Below, in pieces: positions 12,736 to 26,545 of a DNA stretch of 64,000 bases. Within the stretch, counting starts at the first letter, position 1. The number at the start of each line of letters is the position of its first letter. The notes beneath the pieces are model-generated. The model saw only the letters and a list, made by a program, of their open reading frames with translations. It had not been told where the DNA came from and ran no database searches. The position numbers and the translations under genes were made by a program. Source of the DNA: the human T2T-CHM13v2.0 reference genome, Homo sapiens; assembly GCF_009914755.1 (NCBI RefSeq), contig NC_060935.1; one strand, given 5' to 3'.

Positions 12736-14689
12736 GATCAAACATTCAGCTTGAACTCCATGGAAGCAAAGATCTTGATAAAACATGAATGCCAACATAT
12801 CTGCCATAATTCAGAATCTGTCTTATTTGCCCCTTCCCTGTTCTTTCTCTACCTTTTTATGTTCTTTTTACATTTGTGCATTTATTTCAGCCACACCAGA
12901 CACTTATTTATCGCTTTTGATTTAATTTCTCCCTCCATAGATCTGCTGTGCATGGGCATCTCAGCTGCGAGCCTTATGTTCATAAATATCTGCCGGATGG
13001 CTTTCTTGTTCAGATGCCTTCAGCGTGTGAATGGAAACTGTCGACAAAGTCTGCTCAATAAGCTGCATTGTTTGCTCACACTCAAACAGGACTGAGATGT
13101 GTCCATCAATAACAATTCACATTGCATTAAAATATAGATGAAAACACATACAAGGAAAATAAACTTCATTTAGACTTAATGAAATTTAACGCATTTTACA
13201 AGAGTGTAAAATATTTTAAAAGGTGGACACTTTCAGAAAGAGCTTCTCTGACAGGAATACGTCCCTCTGGTGGTTTGCTATTGGGATACAGGAACAGTTA
13301 GTGTCTATGTTCTCATCATTTTATGATTTCGTGTGCTTAAATGGACAGCTCTATTTCTGTATTTTTCAAATGGGCAGCAGCATTCCACAAAGGAAGGAAA
13401 AGCCACAGGCACATCTCAGGCCTGAAGGATCACTTGGGTCTTCGGTGCGCCAAGTCTTAATTGCAAGCTCATGTTAATGAGAGAAGCAGGGCAGGCAGGC
13501 AGGGGTCGAATTAGAAGAAAGGAGTGCTTATATGCCATTCAGACCAACCTCACTCTCACCTAATTTAGAAGTGGAGCTGTTTCTGGCTTCCCCTAGTCCG
13601 GATGAGCTGACATGTGGATTCCCTATTAACTGTTGCTGCCTGTGATTTTTGTGATTTAAGAGAGGAGCTGACTATGTTTTTCACCACATTAATAGCAATG
13701 AAACATATGATGAAGTGCCATGCTCTTTTCTGGGTCCAGCTGCACTTCCAGCCAGACTCTGTGGATTGAGAGCCCCGCTTGACTTAGTGTTCAATTTCTC
13801 TCCCTATAGATAGTATTGCATGGCCAGCAGCTCTCTGCCAGTCTGGAGCACAGAGACCCAGTCATGACCACACTGGTGACTGGAAGAGAGATAAATGCAG
13901 GCTTTGCAAGCCACTAGGTGGATTTTCCAGGAAGACAGAAGCACTATTGTAATTCCTAGCCTCACTAACTTATTTTTTTCTTAATGTTAGGATTTAAGAA
14001 AGACTTTGTGGCTGTGGTGGCTTCAAATCACTCCCGAGCCTTTAGAAGAATATAATTGCCGTTCTAAGAAGAATCTGAGGCCTCTAGGAGATCTGCCAGT
14101 AGTGGCCCCAATGTATAACAGCACTAGCTCAGTGAAGAGAGAGAGAAAAGATCTGAAGAGAGTGGTTGCAGGTATTCGTAGGGGTTTTCTCATACTTCCT
14201 CTTGTTTCTGGTGCATAACAATTCTTTATGATTTCTGGATGTTGCAGTAAATGAGGCCTGTGTAAGGGTTTTTATTTTTTGGTTTTGGTTTTGTTTTAAG
14301 GATGTGGACATCTACATATAATCATCTATGCATGTGAATGTATACACACTTATACATACATACACTTGTGTGTACGTGTATTTCTTCATGGGTGACAGGA
14401 AAACCAATGATCTTTCCAAACAAGCTTATCATTTTCCTTCAGCATACTTCTAAGGGTTGAAATTACATTGTGGCCTCATCCATTTCAGTGACTACAGCCT
14501 GAGTCTAGCCATGAGAACCACTCAAACACTTAACATGTCCCAGCCATGGACAACACAATTGCTTTGTCATGCTTGTTACTGTAAAGCCTGAATAAAGAGA
14601 AACAGAGTCTGAATCCCTCTCTTCATATTTCTTGAACTTTTTGTTGCACAGAAAGCAAAAGATCAGGCTGACGTTTCTAGAGAAAAGTG

Positions 14690-15051
14690 GGTAGGTTAGT
14701 TTGATGGGGCTTCCATGGGAAAACAACACAGACTGGGTGGCTTAAACAACAGAAAATTATTTTCTTACAACTCTGGAGACTAGAAGTCCAAGATCAAGGT
14801 GTCAGTGGCTTTGTTTTCTCCCGAGGCCTCTCTCCTTGCAGGGGGCCACCATCTCCCTATGTCCTCGCATGGTCTCTCTGTGTGTGCCTGGGCTATCTCT
14901 TTCTCCTTTTGGAAGGACTCCAGGCCCCATGTTATTAGCCTTATTTTAGCCTCACTACCTCTTTACAGATCTTATCTCCAAATATATTCTGCAGTAGCAG
15001 GAATTTGGACCCCACATAGGAATTTTGGGGGACATAATTCAGGCTATAACA
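14690..15051 (-). mobile_element. MLT1B-like MaLR solo LTR
   Basis: 'cacagactgggtggcttaaacaacagaaaattattttc...gaagtccaagatcaaggtgtcag...gaattttgggggacataattcaggctataaca'. Confidence 0.85.
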
Positions 15052-17364
15052 GTAGGCCTCCTCAGTGAATATCTCTACAAACATTATTATCAAGATTTTA
15101 TTCAACTTGGGGCCCTCAGCTTCCAGAGGCTCTGCTTTTTGACAATGATATGCTTATTTAAGTCATTCTGTGGATGCCCTGTTTAGAATAATAGTCACTG
15201 TCTGTTGTTCATGGACAAAACAAAACAAAAGACCAGATCTGAGGCTTAACTCGGGTTACATTTGGTAAGGGGAATATGCCAAGTAGCATCATTTTTAATG
15301 AGACCTTCAGAAAACATTGCACATGACTAAAATAAGGTAAGAAATGCCAGCCTTCCCTAGTATAAAATTGGAAGAGCTCTCAGGGCTGCATTGCTCTGAC
15401 TCATTGAAATTTCTTCATCTGTCATCATATCTGCTTCTTTACTCCCAATTCACCTGTGCTACTATAGAAAATAACATATTTAAAAACCCTTCTGCCACTT
15501 GCCCAAGTCTCCCTCAGACATTCAAGGTTAGATATATGCACGATTGTTAAATAAGTTACAAAAGACTTCTTGGGATATTTCATCACTTTAAGATGTTTTC
15601 CTCCTCTGCAATTCCTTAATCATAATAATAATTATCATTACTAATGTCATAATGATAAAAACAAAAGCAGAGCTGCTATTATCAAGTTACAAGAATTTTG
15701 CTAAAAGCTTTGTATTTATTATCCCAATTAATTTTCACAACAGCCCTGTGAAATATGGACTATCAGTATTTCCATTAAGAGGATGAGAGAACTCAAACTC
15801 TATTCATCATCAAGTTCTTAACTACTTATTTTCTTCTTAGTCCTGAATCTCTCCAACTCCTTATGTCCAGCCAATCAGTCCTCCACTGTATTTGGTTTGG
15901 CAACTCTGGTGCTGATTTTAAGCATGTTCTAGGTCATAATTGCTCAAAATCTCTGACTCCCCTAACACGATCCAGCCCAAAGTCTAGGCTGGTCCTCTGG
16001 GTTGGTATTTTGCTAACCTGCCCCATCTCCACACCTGGGAATGTCTGAAAGCTCAAGTCTTATTAGGGTCATTTTTAAAAAGCCCTGCAGTAGCTGAGTT
16101 CAAAAATAATTCTGATAAATGAAGATGCTTTTCACCATTTAGGTTTGAAAAGCGTTGCTATAAAAATGTGTAAGATAATCAGCTGATTAAATTTTGTGTA
16201 TTTCACCTTTCTACCACAAGTGTCTAAATTTAAAAAAAAAAGAGCAGAATCTTTTACAAGGGCCAAGATATCATCAATAAAATAAAGACATTATTTATAA
16301 TCTTAAGGCGCCATGAGGGCCCTTTTTTTCTCTGAATTCTTTCCAAAAGGAATTATACACCTTGTGTCCACACCCTCAACAACTCTGATACCGCCTTTTT
16401 GTGAAGACAGCACTGTGCTGCTGTCTAATAATTTCAAGAGATATCATACTGAGCATTTTCTCACCAAGAGACTTAAGATCATCTTCTTTCAGGACAACCT
16501 GATTGACATTGTGACCTCCTGTTTGTTTGCTTGCTTTTTGGCTTATGACTTTTTTTCCTTTGTAACAGAAGTGATGCCATCATTCATTCTGAATCCAGCA
16601 TCCCCTTGAATTAAGATAAAGTCTGAGGCCACCTTTGTGACATGGAGTTATGCAGAGGGGCCTATATGTCAACTAAAAATCCCTACTTCCTTTCTCAGTC
16701 TAAAAGAACTAGCTAAAAACTGTATAAGAATTCCATCCATTTACTCCATTCCAGTCACAGAGCAAATTCCAAACCTGGGCAACTTTGTGCTTGCTAATTG
16801 ACTTTATTCAGTATCTTGATCTAAAGGTTGACTGAAGGTGGAGAAGAAAAAAATACGAATTTATACAAATGACTTAACTGCATGTAATACAACACGAGGC
16901 ACAAGCAAGCTCAGCATACACCAGGTGCATCGCAGATGGGGGAGTATTCCTTATTGCTAATAAATTCAAGTGCATGTCTTCAGTGGAAAAAGTAAAAATG
17001 CAGGCCCCATTAGTATTAATGTAGTTACTTACCTCACATCTATACAGAGTTTTTTTTTGCATTATCCCAAAGCTGGTAGTCATAGCATGCACATTTTGCA
17101 TCATTTTCATAGACCCTCTTGTCTTCCCACACACATCTATGAAATGTCCACTCACTCAGAATTTAATTATTATAATGCATTTGTCTCTTAACAAGTAATC
17201 CAGTACCTATAAATCAATGCTGGGCACCCCAAACTGATACAGGATGTGCTGTTGGAGTCTTGCTCTGCACATATGGCTGGGATAATTCAAGAACAGAAAG
17301 AAGCAGGCTGTGATTCTGGCTGATTAGAAATATCCCCACCCTACAAAACCAACATATATACTAT

Positions 17365-17580
17365 GTTCCAGATACTTTTCTAGGTGCTTATGTTATTTCA
17401 TTTAGTCCTTGCAATGACCGAATGGGAAAGGGATTATTATTATATCATATTACAGATGAAGAAATCAAGGCACAGAGAGGAACAGTAACTTACCCAGGGT
17501 TGCCACTGTGACTGGTGGACCTGTGACCGAGCTAGGGCCACCTAACTGTGGAGTTTGTGTGTTGACCACTCCAGCCTATA
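17365..17580 (-). mobile_element. MIR SINE
   Basis: 'attacagatgaagaaatcaaggcacagagaggaacagtaacttacccagggt'. Confidence 0.75.
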
Positions 17581-17953
17581 GAAATGGGCCAGGACAGAGT
17601 CACTACTCATCTGCTTGGAGAGCCTCATGCTCAACAAGACATGAGAGAACCATTCTCCCAACATAACATCTGAGCTATGTTCCTAAATCTGTCACCGACT
17701 TGATCCAAGACCCTGGGAAATGCCTCTTAAACTCCCTGGTAATTAGTATTGTTATGTGATTGCATGGTGGGAGTGAAACTATTTGGACAGCAGTAAACAC
17801 TAGAGCAGTAAAAAGGGTCATGTGTGTTACTGTTGTTTATAAAAACATAAAAGTTATGGAGAACATTTTCCTTTCCATTTTCTCAAACTTCATGTATTGT
17901 CCAGCATTGTCTTACCCTTATTAATATGTCACTAATATTTTCCTGGAAATTAA

Positions 17954-18255
17954 TCTTTCTTTTAAGAAATAGGGTCTCATTCTGTCACCCAGGCTGGAGT
18001 GCAGTGTGCGGTCATGGATTGCTACAGTCTTGAATACCAGGGCTCAAGCCATCCTCCTGCCTCAGTCTCTTGAGTAGCTATTACTAAAAGTGTGCACCAC
18101 CACATTCAGCTACTTTTTTTTTTTTTCTTTTTTTTGGTAGAGAGGTGGTCTCACTTTGCTGCCCAGGCTGCTCTCCAACTCTTGGCCTCAAGCAATCCTC
18201 CTGCCTTGGCCTCCCAAAGTGCTAGGATTACAGGTGTGAGCCACCATACCCAGCT
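17954..18255 (-). mobile_element. AluJ
   Basis: Diverged antisense Alu with J-type 'gggctcaagccatcctcctgcctcag' and 'ctcaagcaatcctcctgccttggcctcccaaagtgct'. Confidence 0.9.
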
Positions 18256-21200
18256 GAATTTTTATATTAAATAATTAATCAAGTTCCATTGTAAGAATGT
18301 CACCTAATCACCATTAAAATACATACAAAATAAGTAAATAAAATGAAGTTACCCAGATATCACTTAAAATCATCTCACATACCACAGAGGAAAATATAGC
18401 TCTTCCTGATAGTCTACATATATAAAATTTTCATATTTTCTTCCTGCCTTGCCTTGTCTTTTTTTTCTTCCTTCTTCCCTTCTCTTCACTAATACTTAAT
18501 GAGTATATTCTATGTGCCAAGTAGCTTTCTATAACTAGAGAGAATCCAAAGTAAGTCTCTGTTTTCATAAACCTTTCTTCCCGCCATGAAAATAATCAAC
18601 AAATAAACAAAATTTAGCACTGAATAATGTCAGAGTTTCTAAGGAAAATAAAACATGGTAAAAAGGCAGAGAGCAGAGCAGGTATGAAGAGATCTTCTCT
18701 GTCCCATCCAGATCACTCTCAATTATTTTCCACACCCTTTTTCCAGTTTGAGCTCTGTCAATGGGACAGTCCTGGGCAGGAGACTGGGGAGAAGAGGCGG
18801 CTTGCTGGTTTTCCTGAACCACTTCCACCCTGAAAGGTCAGTGGATGGGGGACTGGGTCTCAGCACTTTCAATTCTCTTTCTGAATTTTGGGGCTTAGGA
18901 CCCTGACTGCACGGGGAATGGAATTCTATTCGAGATGGGGTGATCAGGGAAGTCTTCCCTGAGGCCCTTTTACTTTTTCTTTAAATCAGAGAACATTACA
19001 AGACACCAAATAAGATAAACACAGGCTTTTGGTAACCTACAGCTCCCTTAGGGCCATCTGACATAAGAAGATTTTGGAAATTCAAATCAGATCTTTTTTC
19101 TTTTTCCTTCTAGACTCCTTGCATACAATCATCAGAGAAGAACCGTGGGAACCAAGAACCATGAGCAGGAGAACCATGAGCAGTAAGCACCTACAGGGAC
19201 TGTGGAAATGGGAGAGACACTTGGACAGAAAAGCAGCTGAAGATGGGATGAGAAAGCAGACAAAGGAGGGAAGTGCTTCTGAACAGAGTGCCAGTCTATG
19301 GTGCCCAGAGCTAAATCCTCAACTTTCAAATCTGTGAAGACTGGAGATTCTTAATATTTGATGATCTGGTTTATCTGCACATATAACTAGCATTATGTTA
19401 CCCTCACATTAAGTTATATTCTTAGTTTCAGTTTTCCAAGAAATGCTGCTTGAAACTACAAACATCGTTTAAGTATTTTTGAGCTAAATGTATTCTCTTT
19501 TTAATACTCTTGCTTTAGTTTCTCTTTTTGTTTAATTTTTTATGGCTGGAAGAGTATAATTAATTCAACATGGTTGCTTAGAGAGACATTTTCCAGGCCC
19601 CACTAGGCATACTGTAGTCATTTATTCAAAATTAGGCCTAGGGAATAAGAATCTCAAGTAAATAATTTATTATATTTGATGTAAATTCATCTAGATTTTC
19701 TGACTTTTCTGAAAAATATATGCTAATGCCCTTAAACTGTATGAAATATTTGTAGTATACTTCTGGAATATCTTTATCACCCCACAACTTTGTTTAGACA
19801 AATACCAATTGGAACTCAGAAATTCAGTGTATTACTCTGAAAGTGTGCTCATTGGGCAAGATTTTTTAAGCCTTTTGGACTTTAACTGGAGCATAGTGAA
19901 CTGCACTTTCTAAGATGTGAGAAAAATATATTTTTCATATTATTGGTATCAGAAACTTGTCTTCTGGGAAGCCCTTCACCCCCAAATGGGCCCTAACTCA
20001 CTTCAACCACTTATGGTTTATCTGAAATTTTAAAATGTATGTTTTGCTGAATTCTGATATAGCAAGAGCTCTTTATTTTTCTTAAATAACTACTTTGAAA
20101 GAATGATTTTGCAATCCTATAACTAGTACTTATTACTTCAGATCATTCTAACATGACTCATAGATTAAGTCCTTGCCACTCACTCAACTTTTGGCAAGCA
20201 TGAACATCACCTCCCCAAAATCTACAGAAATGTTTATACATGCTATGTTAACTGTGGGCTCCTCTGAGGATTGACTGGAAATTCAATAATATATGCGTTT
20301 TTTTTTAGCTTGGATTCCTATAAATTAAAGCAAAAATAGAAATTGTATTTATAGAATAAATGAGAGTTTACTGTAAGAAATATGACAACAAAAAAATATT
20401 TTTGTCATGTTTCTCAGTTTAACAAAATACTGTTAACAAATGTGCCAATGTTTCTCTGGGCAGCTTATATTTTATCTGAAAGTTGTCATGTAACTAAGTA
20501 ATCAAAGAAAATGTGTCTTTGCTTAGCTCAGACTTTAGAGTTGGAAGGGGCCTTAAAAATTAATTGCATAAACTTTTTTATTGACAAGAATGCCCAGAGC
20601 TTGAACAGAGAAGTAAGTTAGCTAAGAATGGTTTAATCTTTTCTGAATTCATACAGAGGCCCCCAGGAGCTTCTTTCTCTCTGCCCTCCTTGCTATGCTC
20701 CTCTGAAACTTCAAGGAGGCTAACTGAGATTGGCCAGGCCAGGAAAAGTTACTGCCAGGAACGTTGGAGATCTTCAGCGACCAGAAGAAAGAAAGAAATT
20801 ATTGAGGTTGATATTCTAAGGAATTAGGGCCCAGTAATTACTGCTGGTCATTGTCCCATCAAACCTTAACAGGGTTCCACAGTTGCAGTCACTTCCTGCA
20901 TGAATCTGATTCGCTGCCTGGAATTTAGATACATAAACCAGTGTCTTGTTTGGCCTCCAGTGCTTCTACATGTCTCTGTGCTGAATGGTCACTGTACCAA
21001 AGTCCCCACCCACAGGGACAGATGGGGCTGAATTTTACTTAGCCCAACCCTGCCACTCATCGAGCCTTGCTCTGTGGCATACCAACATGTCATACCACCC
21101 AGTGAAACAGATACCACTTTCTGGCCTTACAGGAGAATTACCCACTCATTGAATTATCCATCTCCCCAAAGGGGGTGCCCTAATGCACCTCTGTAAGTCA

Positions 21201-24174
21201 TGTGGACTGGTGGCATTCTGGATACTTTACCATTTGAATGTCTTTTGGAAATCTGCTTTTCAAATGGGTAGCTTAGCTAGATGACCTTCATTAACAATAA
21301 CTCTGACTTTTTAGTTCTAAGAGCAACAGAGAGGGCACCTATTCCTCCTTTATGCTAATTCTTCATAAAATTTCTACAGAAAGATTTAGCCAATTGGCAG
21401 CACATACAGGGTCCTCTGTGGTTATTATGAGCAGTCACCCTTGAATTTATAACTGGGAGCCATTTTTCATATTCTAATAATGATCAGTTCTATGCAATAC
21501 ATATACTATGGCATTTTCTTGAAGAAGGTGCTTTTCCAAATCTGTGCCCTTGGATATGTTTTAAGGCTTCGATTGAGTTTTGACATTTTCATGTCTTCAT
21601 TAGTGAATTCCAGCAAATCTCTTCTCCTTGAAACCACTGCCTGCTCCCACCACCTCTCTCAGAGAGCCATTTGCTTACTGAAGGTTTAGGGCAAATTTTA
21701 TTACTCTGGACAATAAAATAACATCCATTATTCTTACATATCCTCCCATCATATTGAGAATTCAAGTTTTAAAAAATTTTACTTAATCTATTGACTCATA
21801 GAATGTTAAGCCTGGAGTAATGAATATTAATAAGGTACCACACCAATAGGCAGGACATTGTGTCCTCCATGTTGGCCACCAAGAAGCTGCACTTTCCATT
21901 TTCCCTTCCTCTGCCCTTAGCTGAGGACTATGTCTGACACCCAGCAGGCCCTCAATGGACAGACAATGGATAACACAGTGAGTGTAGAAAGTAACTTCTT
22001 TTTTATCAATGGCACCTTCAATAGTCCCAGTGTAAAACTGGAAGCATGTGGCACAATAAAACACATGGGAACAACAGAAAAGATCAGGAAGAATTCTCAG
22101 AGCCACATTCTGGGTGATACCAAGCTCTTAACTCTAACACTTAACTGTATCCCTCTGTTTCTCCAACTGGACCACAAAGCCTGTAAAGTGATTCCTGTCA
22201 CTAATCTTGGGGATCCAAAACTTTTCCCTTTACATCTACCATTCTCCCCTTTCCCACAATCTAATAAGCCTCATGAGTGATGACCACAGCCTTGCTTTCT
22301 TCTGTTTTCACCTCTACTTAGGTCTCCAAAATCTTTATAGTCCAGGATCTACTTACTACAATCTGTTGGAAGGAAATACATTATTGAGTTAAAGCAGAGA
22401 TCTCAACTAGTTGAGTAAGGGTGTTGAGAAATGAGGTGGAGGAGAAGAAAATGAAATAAAATTAGTAACAGATTATTGTCTAAGATCCTTTTAACATCTT
22501 ATTTGGAATCAATGTGAGGGTCTGTAACACTAGGCTTCTGAGTCCCTTCTTTACCAGAACTACTAATGTAGTCTGCAAAGTAATAAGTGCTCCATTGGCC
22601 TGAGGGGATTTGTCCTGCTGCCAGACCTATCACCAAGAAGGCATACAGGCTTTCTGAGTGACTAACCACACTCAGCAGATTTTATTAATGGTTGTGATGA
22701 CTATCTACATAATTCCCCCCACATATAAGATTTTTAAGGGCACCTGTGTGGAGACAATTCTACCAATTTCTTTGGTAATCTCTTTTTCTGGTCGTGTAAC
22801 CAATGTAAGCAGGGGCTTTCCCACATGTCTGAGATAAACTGGCCTGCTGAAGCTCAGCCCCTTTCCAGAGAGTCTATTCTGGCCCCTCCACTTTCCTCTT
22901 CCACATGGACTTAATAATCTGATTTACTGCACTTTACTTTCATGGGGGTGTAGGGGTCTCTGAACCAGCCAGAATAATTGATGACCCTCTTTCTCACCTG
23001 AGTTCTGAATAAATTGAGAAAAGAATAAAAGATGGCGATCAAAATATCCTTTTATGACCACTAACAGCTAAGGCAGAGGATGCAGCCTCATATGACAACT
23101 AAACAGGCTTCTTAACAATAAACCTTTGAATAGATAAGACTTATTCCTCTGCCTGCCAAGTCCCAGGCCCATGCAGCTAAGATTTGCAGAATGAGTGAAC
23201 AAAGAAGAGACCCTGCTCCCTGTGGGCACCTGTTCCCAACAGAAGTTGCTGAGCTGAGCTTTATTCTTCACAAATTTATTAATCATCTGAGGCACTGCCC
23301 CCTCCCCTCTCCTCAGGTTGCTGAGTGCATAGGGTGGAGAAGAGCCAGAAGTATTCAGGGAAAATCCCTTCTAATGTAAAGCAGAGGTTGGGAAGAGTCA
23401 ACCTTTACTTAAAAATTAACCAGTGGGGCCAACTCTACTGAAATAAATTGAAGCTTTAAAACAATTTTTTTTTTTTTGGTCTACTTAGTCATTCCAGGAG
23501 CAGTCTCTGCCATTTTGAGGATAGGTGCAGCCATGGGTAACAGTTTTATGTCTCCTTCAGTAATGTTTATTTCTGAACATTCCTGGCTAATTATACTGCT
23601 TGGTCAACCAAACCAGGCAGGCCAAGCCTCCAATAAGAGGCTCTGTGGGAATTGCCTGGAGACTTGATTATTCATTTCAGTAGCCAGAAAGTTGATCCTG
23701 AGTAGCGGCTGAGTGCAGCCGTCTGGCTCAGTGTGCAGAACCCTGCCCTGGCTGAGTAGTTAACTTGTTCAGAGCCATGTCCTTAGCCTGATTCCAACAG
23801 TGCCACTAATTCTCACTAATCCTCCTCAGCTGAGACAGCCTGTACATGACACTTCATTTGGCACACTCATACCTCCATGGTTTTCCAAAGAGCCTGCGGG
23901 GAATGATGGCAGGGCCATGGTGATCAGTACCTGGGAATAAGGTGGGGTGAGAAAATGTTATACTGGCATCCTCATCAACATGGTCAGTCTATGTCAGGTG
24001 AACATGGAGTGGCAGCTAGAGACTTGTTAGTCATCATTGCTATATGTGCTTTAAACCATATTACACATTTTTTGAGGGCAGAAAGGGACATTATTTCTCC
24101 AGTGTTTTCTTTCTGTGACTTGAATGTTTTTTCCATGGAAAAGATCACCATGTGTCCTGGAGGAAACATGGGCC

Positions 24175-24375
24175 TTAGAGCTTGATGACCTTAAAGGTGG
24201 GGTTCAGCCCTCTTGGTGCTCTGGGGGGACATGTACCTTTATCTCATTGAACCTCGGCTTTCTCATCTGCAAAATAAATGCATAATAATTACCCCATGTA
24301 TGCATGGTGAGTATTGACTGGGATTACACATGAGAAGTGCTCAGCACACCTAGTACTAACACATAGTTGCATAAA
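24175..24375 (+). mobile_element. MIR SINE
   Basis: 'gaacctcggctttctcatctgcaaaataaatgcataataattacccc...aagtgctcagcacac'. Confidence 0.65.
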
Positions 24376-24693
24376 AGTTGATCCAACTAAAATTATCTTA
24401 TGATGACCTACCACACAGCAGAAAAAATAATCTTCAGATACAGGCTTTTGGTATTTTATGAGGCAAGAATTTTGACTAATGAGATTACCCTTCAAATAAT
24501 ACATATTACTCTAAGTTTCTAGGATATAATTCATTCTTTCCCCTTCTCTGTTTTCTAATTTTGACTCCCTTTTGATAGCATTAACCTAAAATGGTGTCAT
24601 TTTACAACAAAGACAGAAATGGAAGTCATGTAAAGGTCAGGTTTCTACAAGGGAAATAAGGGAATAGAATTGCCTGCTTAAGAACCTGCATGA

Positions 24694-25563
24694 AATGAGA
24701 TGCCATCTCACCCCAGTTGAAACGGCTTTTACTCAAAAGACAGGCAATAACAAATGCTGGAGAGAATGAGGAGAAAAGAGAATCCTGGTACACTGTTGGT
24801 AGGAATGTAAATTAGTACAACCACTATGGAGAACAGGTTGGAGGTTCCCCAAAAAACAAAAATAGAATCACCATATAATCCAGCAACCCCACTGCTAGGT
24901 ATATGACGAAAAGAAAGAAAATAAGGATATTGACGAGATATCTGCACTCTCATGTTTATTTCAGCACTGTTCGCAATGGCCAAGATTTGGAGGCAACCTA
25001 AGTGTCCATCGACAGACAAATGGTTAAAGAAAATGAGGTACATATACACAATGGAGTACTATTTGGCCATAAAAAAGAATGAGAGCTTGTCATTTGCAAC
25101 AACATAGATAGAACTGGAGGTTATTATGTTAACTGAAATAAGCCAGGCACAGAAAAAGAAACTGCATATTCGGAGTAATTTGTGAGGACTAAAAATTAAA
25201 ACAATTGAGCTCATGGAGACAAAGAGTAGAAGGATGGTTACCAGAGGCTGGGAGGGGTAGTGCAGGGCTGGGGAGAAGTTGGGAGGGTTAATTGGTATGA
25301 AAATATAGTTAGATAGAATGAATAAGATCTAGTATTTGATAGTATAATAGGGTGGCTACAGTCAACAGTAATTTATTATATATTTTAAAATAACTAAAAG
25401 AGTATAATGGAATGTTTGTAACACAAAGAAATGATAAATGCTTGAGGTGATGGATACCCCATTTACTCTGATGTTATTATTATGCATTGTATTCTTGTAT
25501 CAAAATATCTAATATACTCCATAAATATATACCTACTAGGTATGTATAAACATATAAAAAAAA
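24694..25563 (+). mobile_element. L1MA (L1MA3-like) 5'-truncated 3' end with poly(A) and target-site duplication (TSD)
   Basis: ORF2 C-terminal and 3' UTR motifs ('gaatgtaaattagtacaaccactatggagaac', 'gatagaatgaataagatctagtatttgatag'); TSD aagaacctgcatga (24680-24693) / aagagcctacatga (25564-25577). Confidence 0.92.
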
Positions 25564-25869
25564 AAGAGCCTACATGAGACAGATGCTCACATCCACTCAG
25601 TTAAAAAGTAGCAGAGCTATAATTTGAACTCAAAACTGTTTCCTTCCAAAGCATTTACCCTTTCCACTGAACCATTTTCCAGTCTAGTTAGTAGAGGTCT
25701 GTCAGATAAGGACATGGTGAAGTACTTATAAGCTAAGTAGTAAGTCTAAGTAACTGTACTGAACAATAAACTCTTGCTTCATGATTGTCCTCATTAGGAA
25801 GGAATATCAAGAAAATAGACTACAAATAAATGTCTTTTATTTCTACTTCTTCAATATATATTATAACAT

Positions 25870-26545
25870 TCTTCTTGCCAACTGATCTTCTTGCCTCCAA
25901 TTTGACCCCTCTGATCCACCAAGTATTGCATACTACCGTGTTTTGAGACATAGTAAGTACTTGTAGGATGAAAATTCTATCTATTGCTTATAGGAGCATA
26001 TTCAAAATTAAAATGTTACATTTACTCTCATCCTTATACCTCGTTGATAACTTTCCCTTGCCTTTCCTTGGTTGAAATGGACAGGTGTGACATACAAGAG
26101 CCTTCATGATTTGACCTGTTTCTCTCTGCATCTTTGTCTGTAACCACACATTTATGTTCAAATCATACTGAACTATTTGCAATTTCTCAAACATGTTCTG
26201 ATAGCCATGTATGTTCTGATAGCCATTCCTTAAGATCTTTGCACATTCCTAGTCCCTGAAATACTCTTCCTACAATTTCTTTGCCTCCTATTTTATTTTT
26301 CATGTCTTAATACAGAAGGAAGACTTTCCTGACATCTCATAAGACAAAGTTAGCTATAATTTTTGTGTTTCCTTGTTAAATTCTGTGGTGGTATTTATCA
26401 ATTTCTATCCTGTCCTAGCTACGTATCTCCACTAGATGATAAGCAGTTTGAGAGCACCTATTCTTTCTGTTATATTCAGTATTGTATCTTAAGGCCTAGA
26501 ACAGTGTCTAAGCTCAAAAAAGGTTTGTTGAATGAATAAATGAAT
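25870..26545 (+). mobile_element. L2 3' fragment
   Basis: Ends '...ggcctagaacagtgtctaagctcaaaaaaggtttgttgaatgaataaatgaat'. Confidence 0.7.

Noticed and set aside
23740-23830. LF-SINE/AmnSINE-like similarity
   Set aside because: Only a few short patches resemble the recalled consensus; not supportable without a search.
24729-25049. 106-aa minus-strand ORF
   Set aside because: Antisense reading of the L1MA 3' end.
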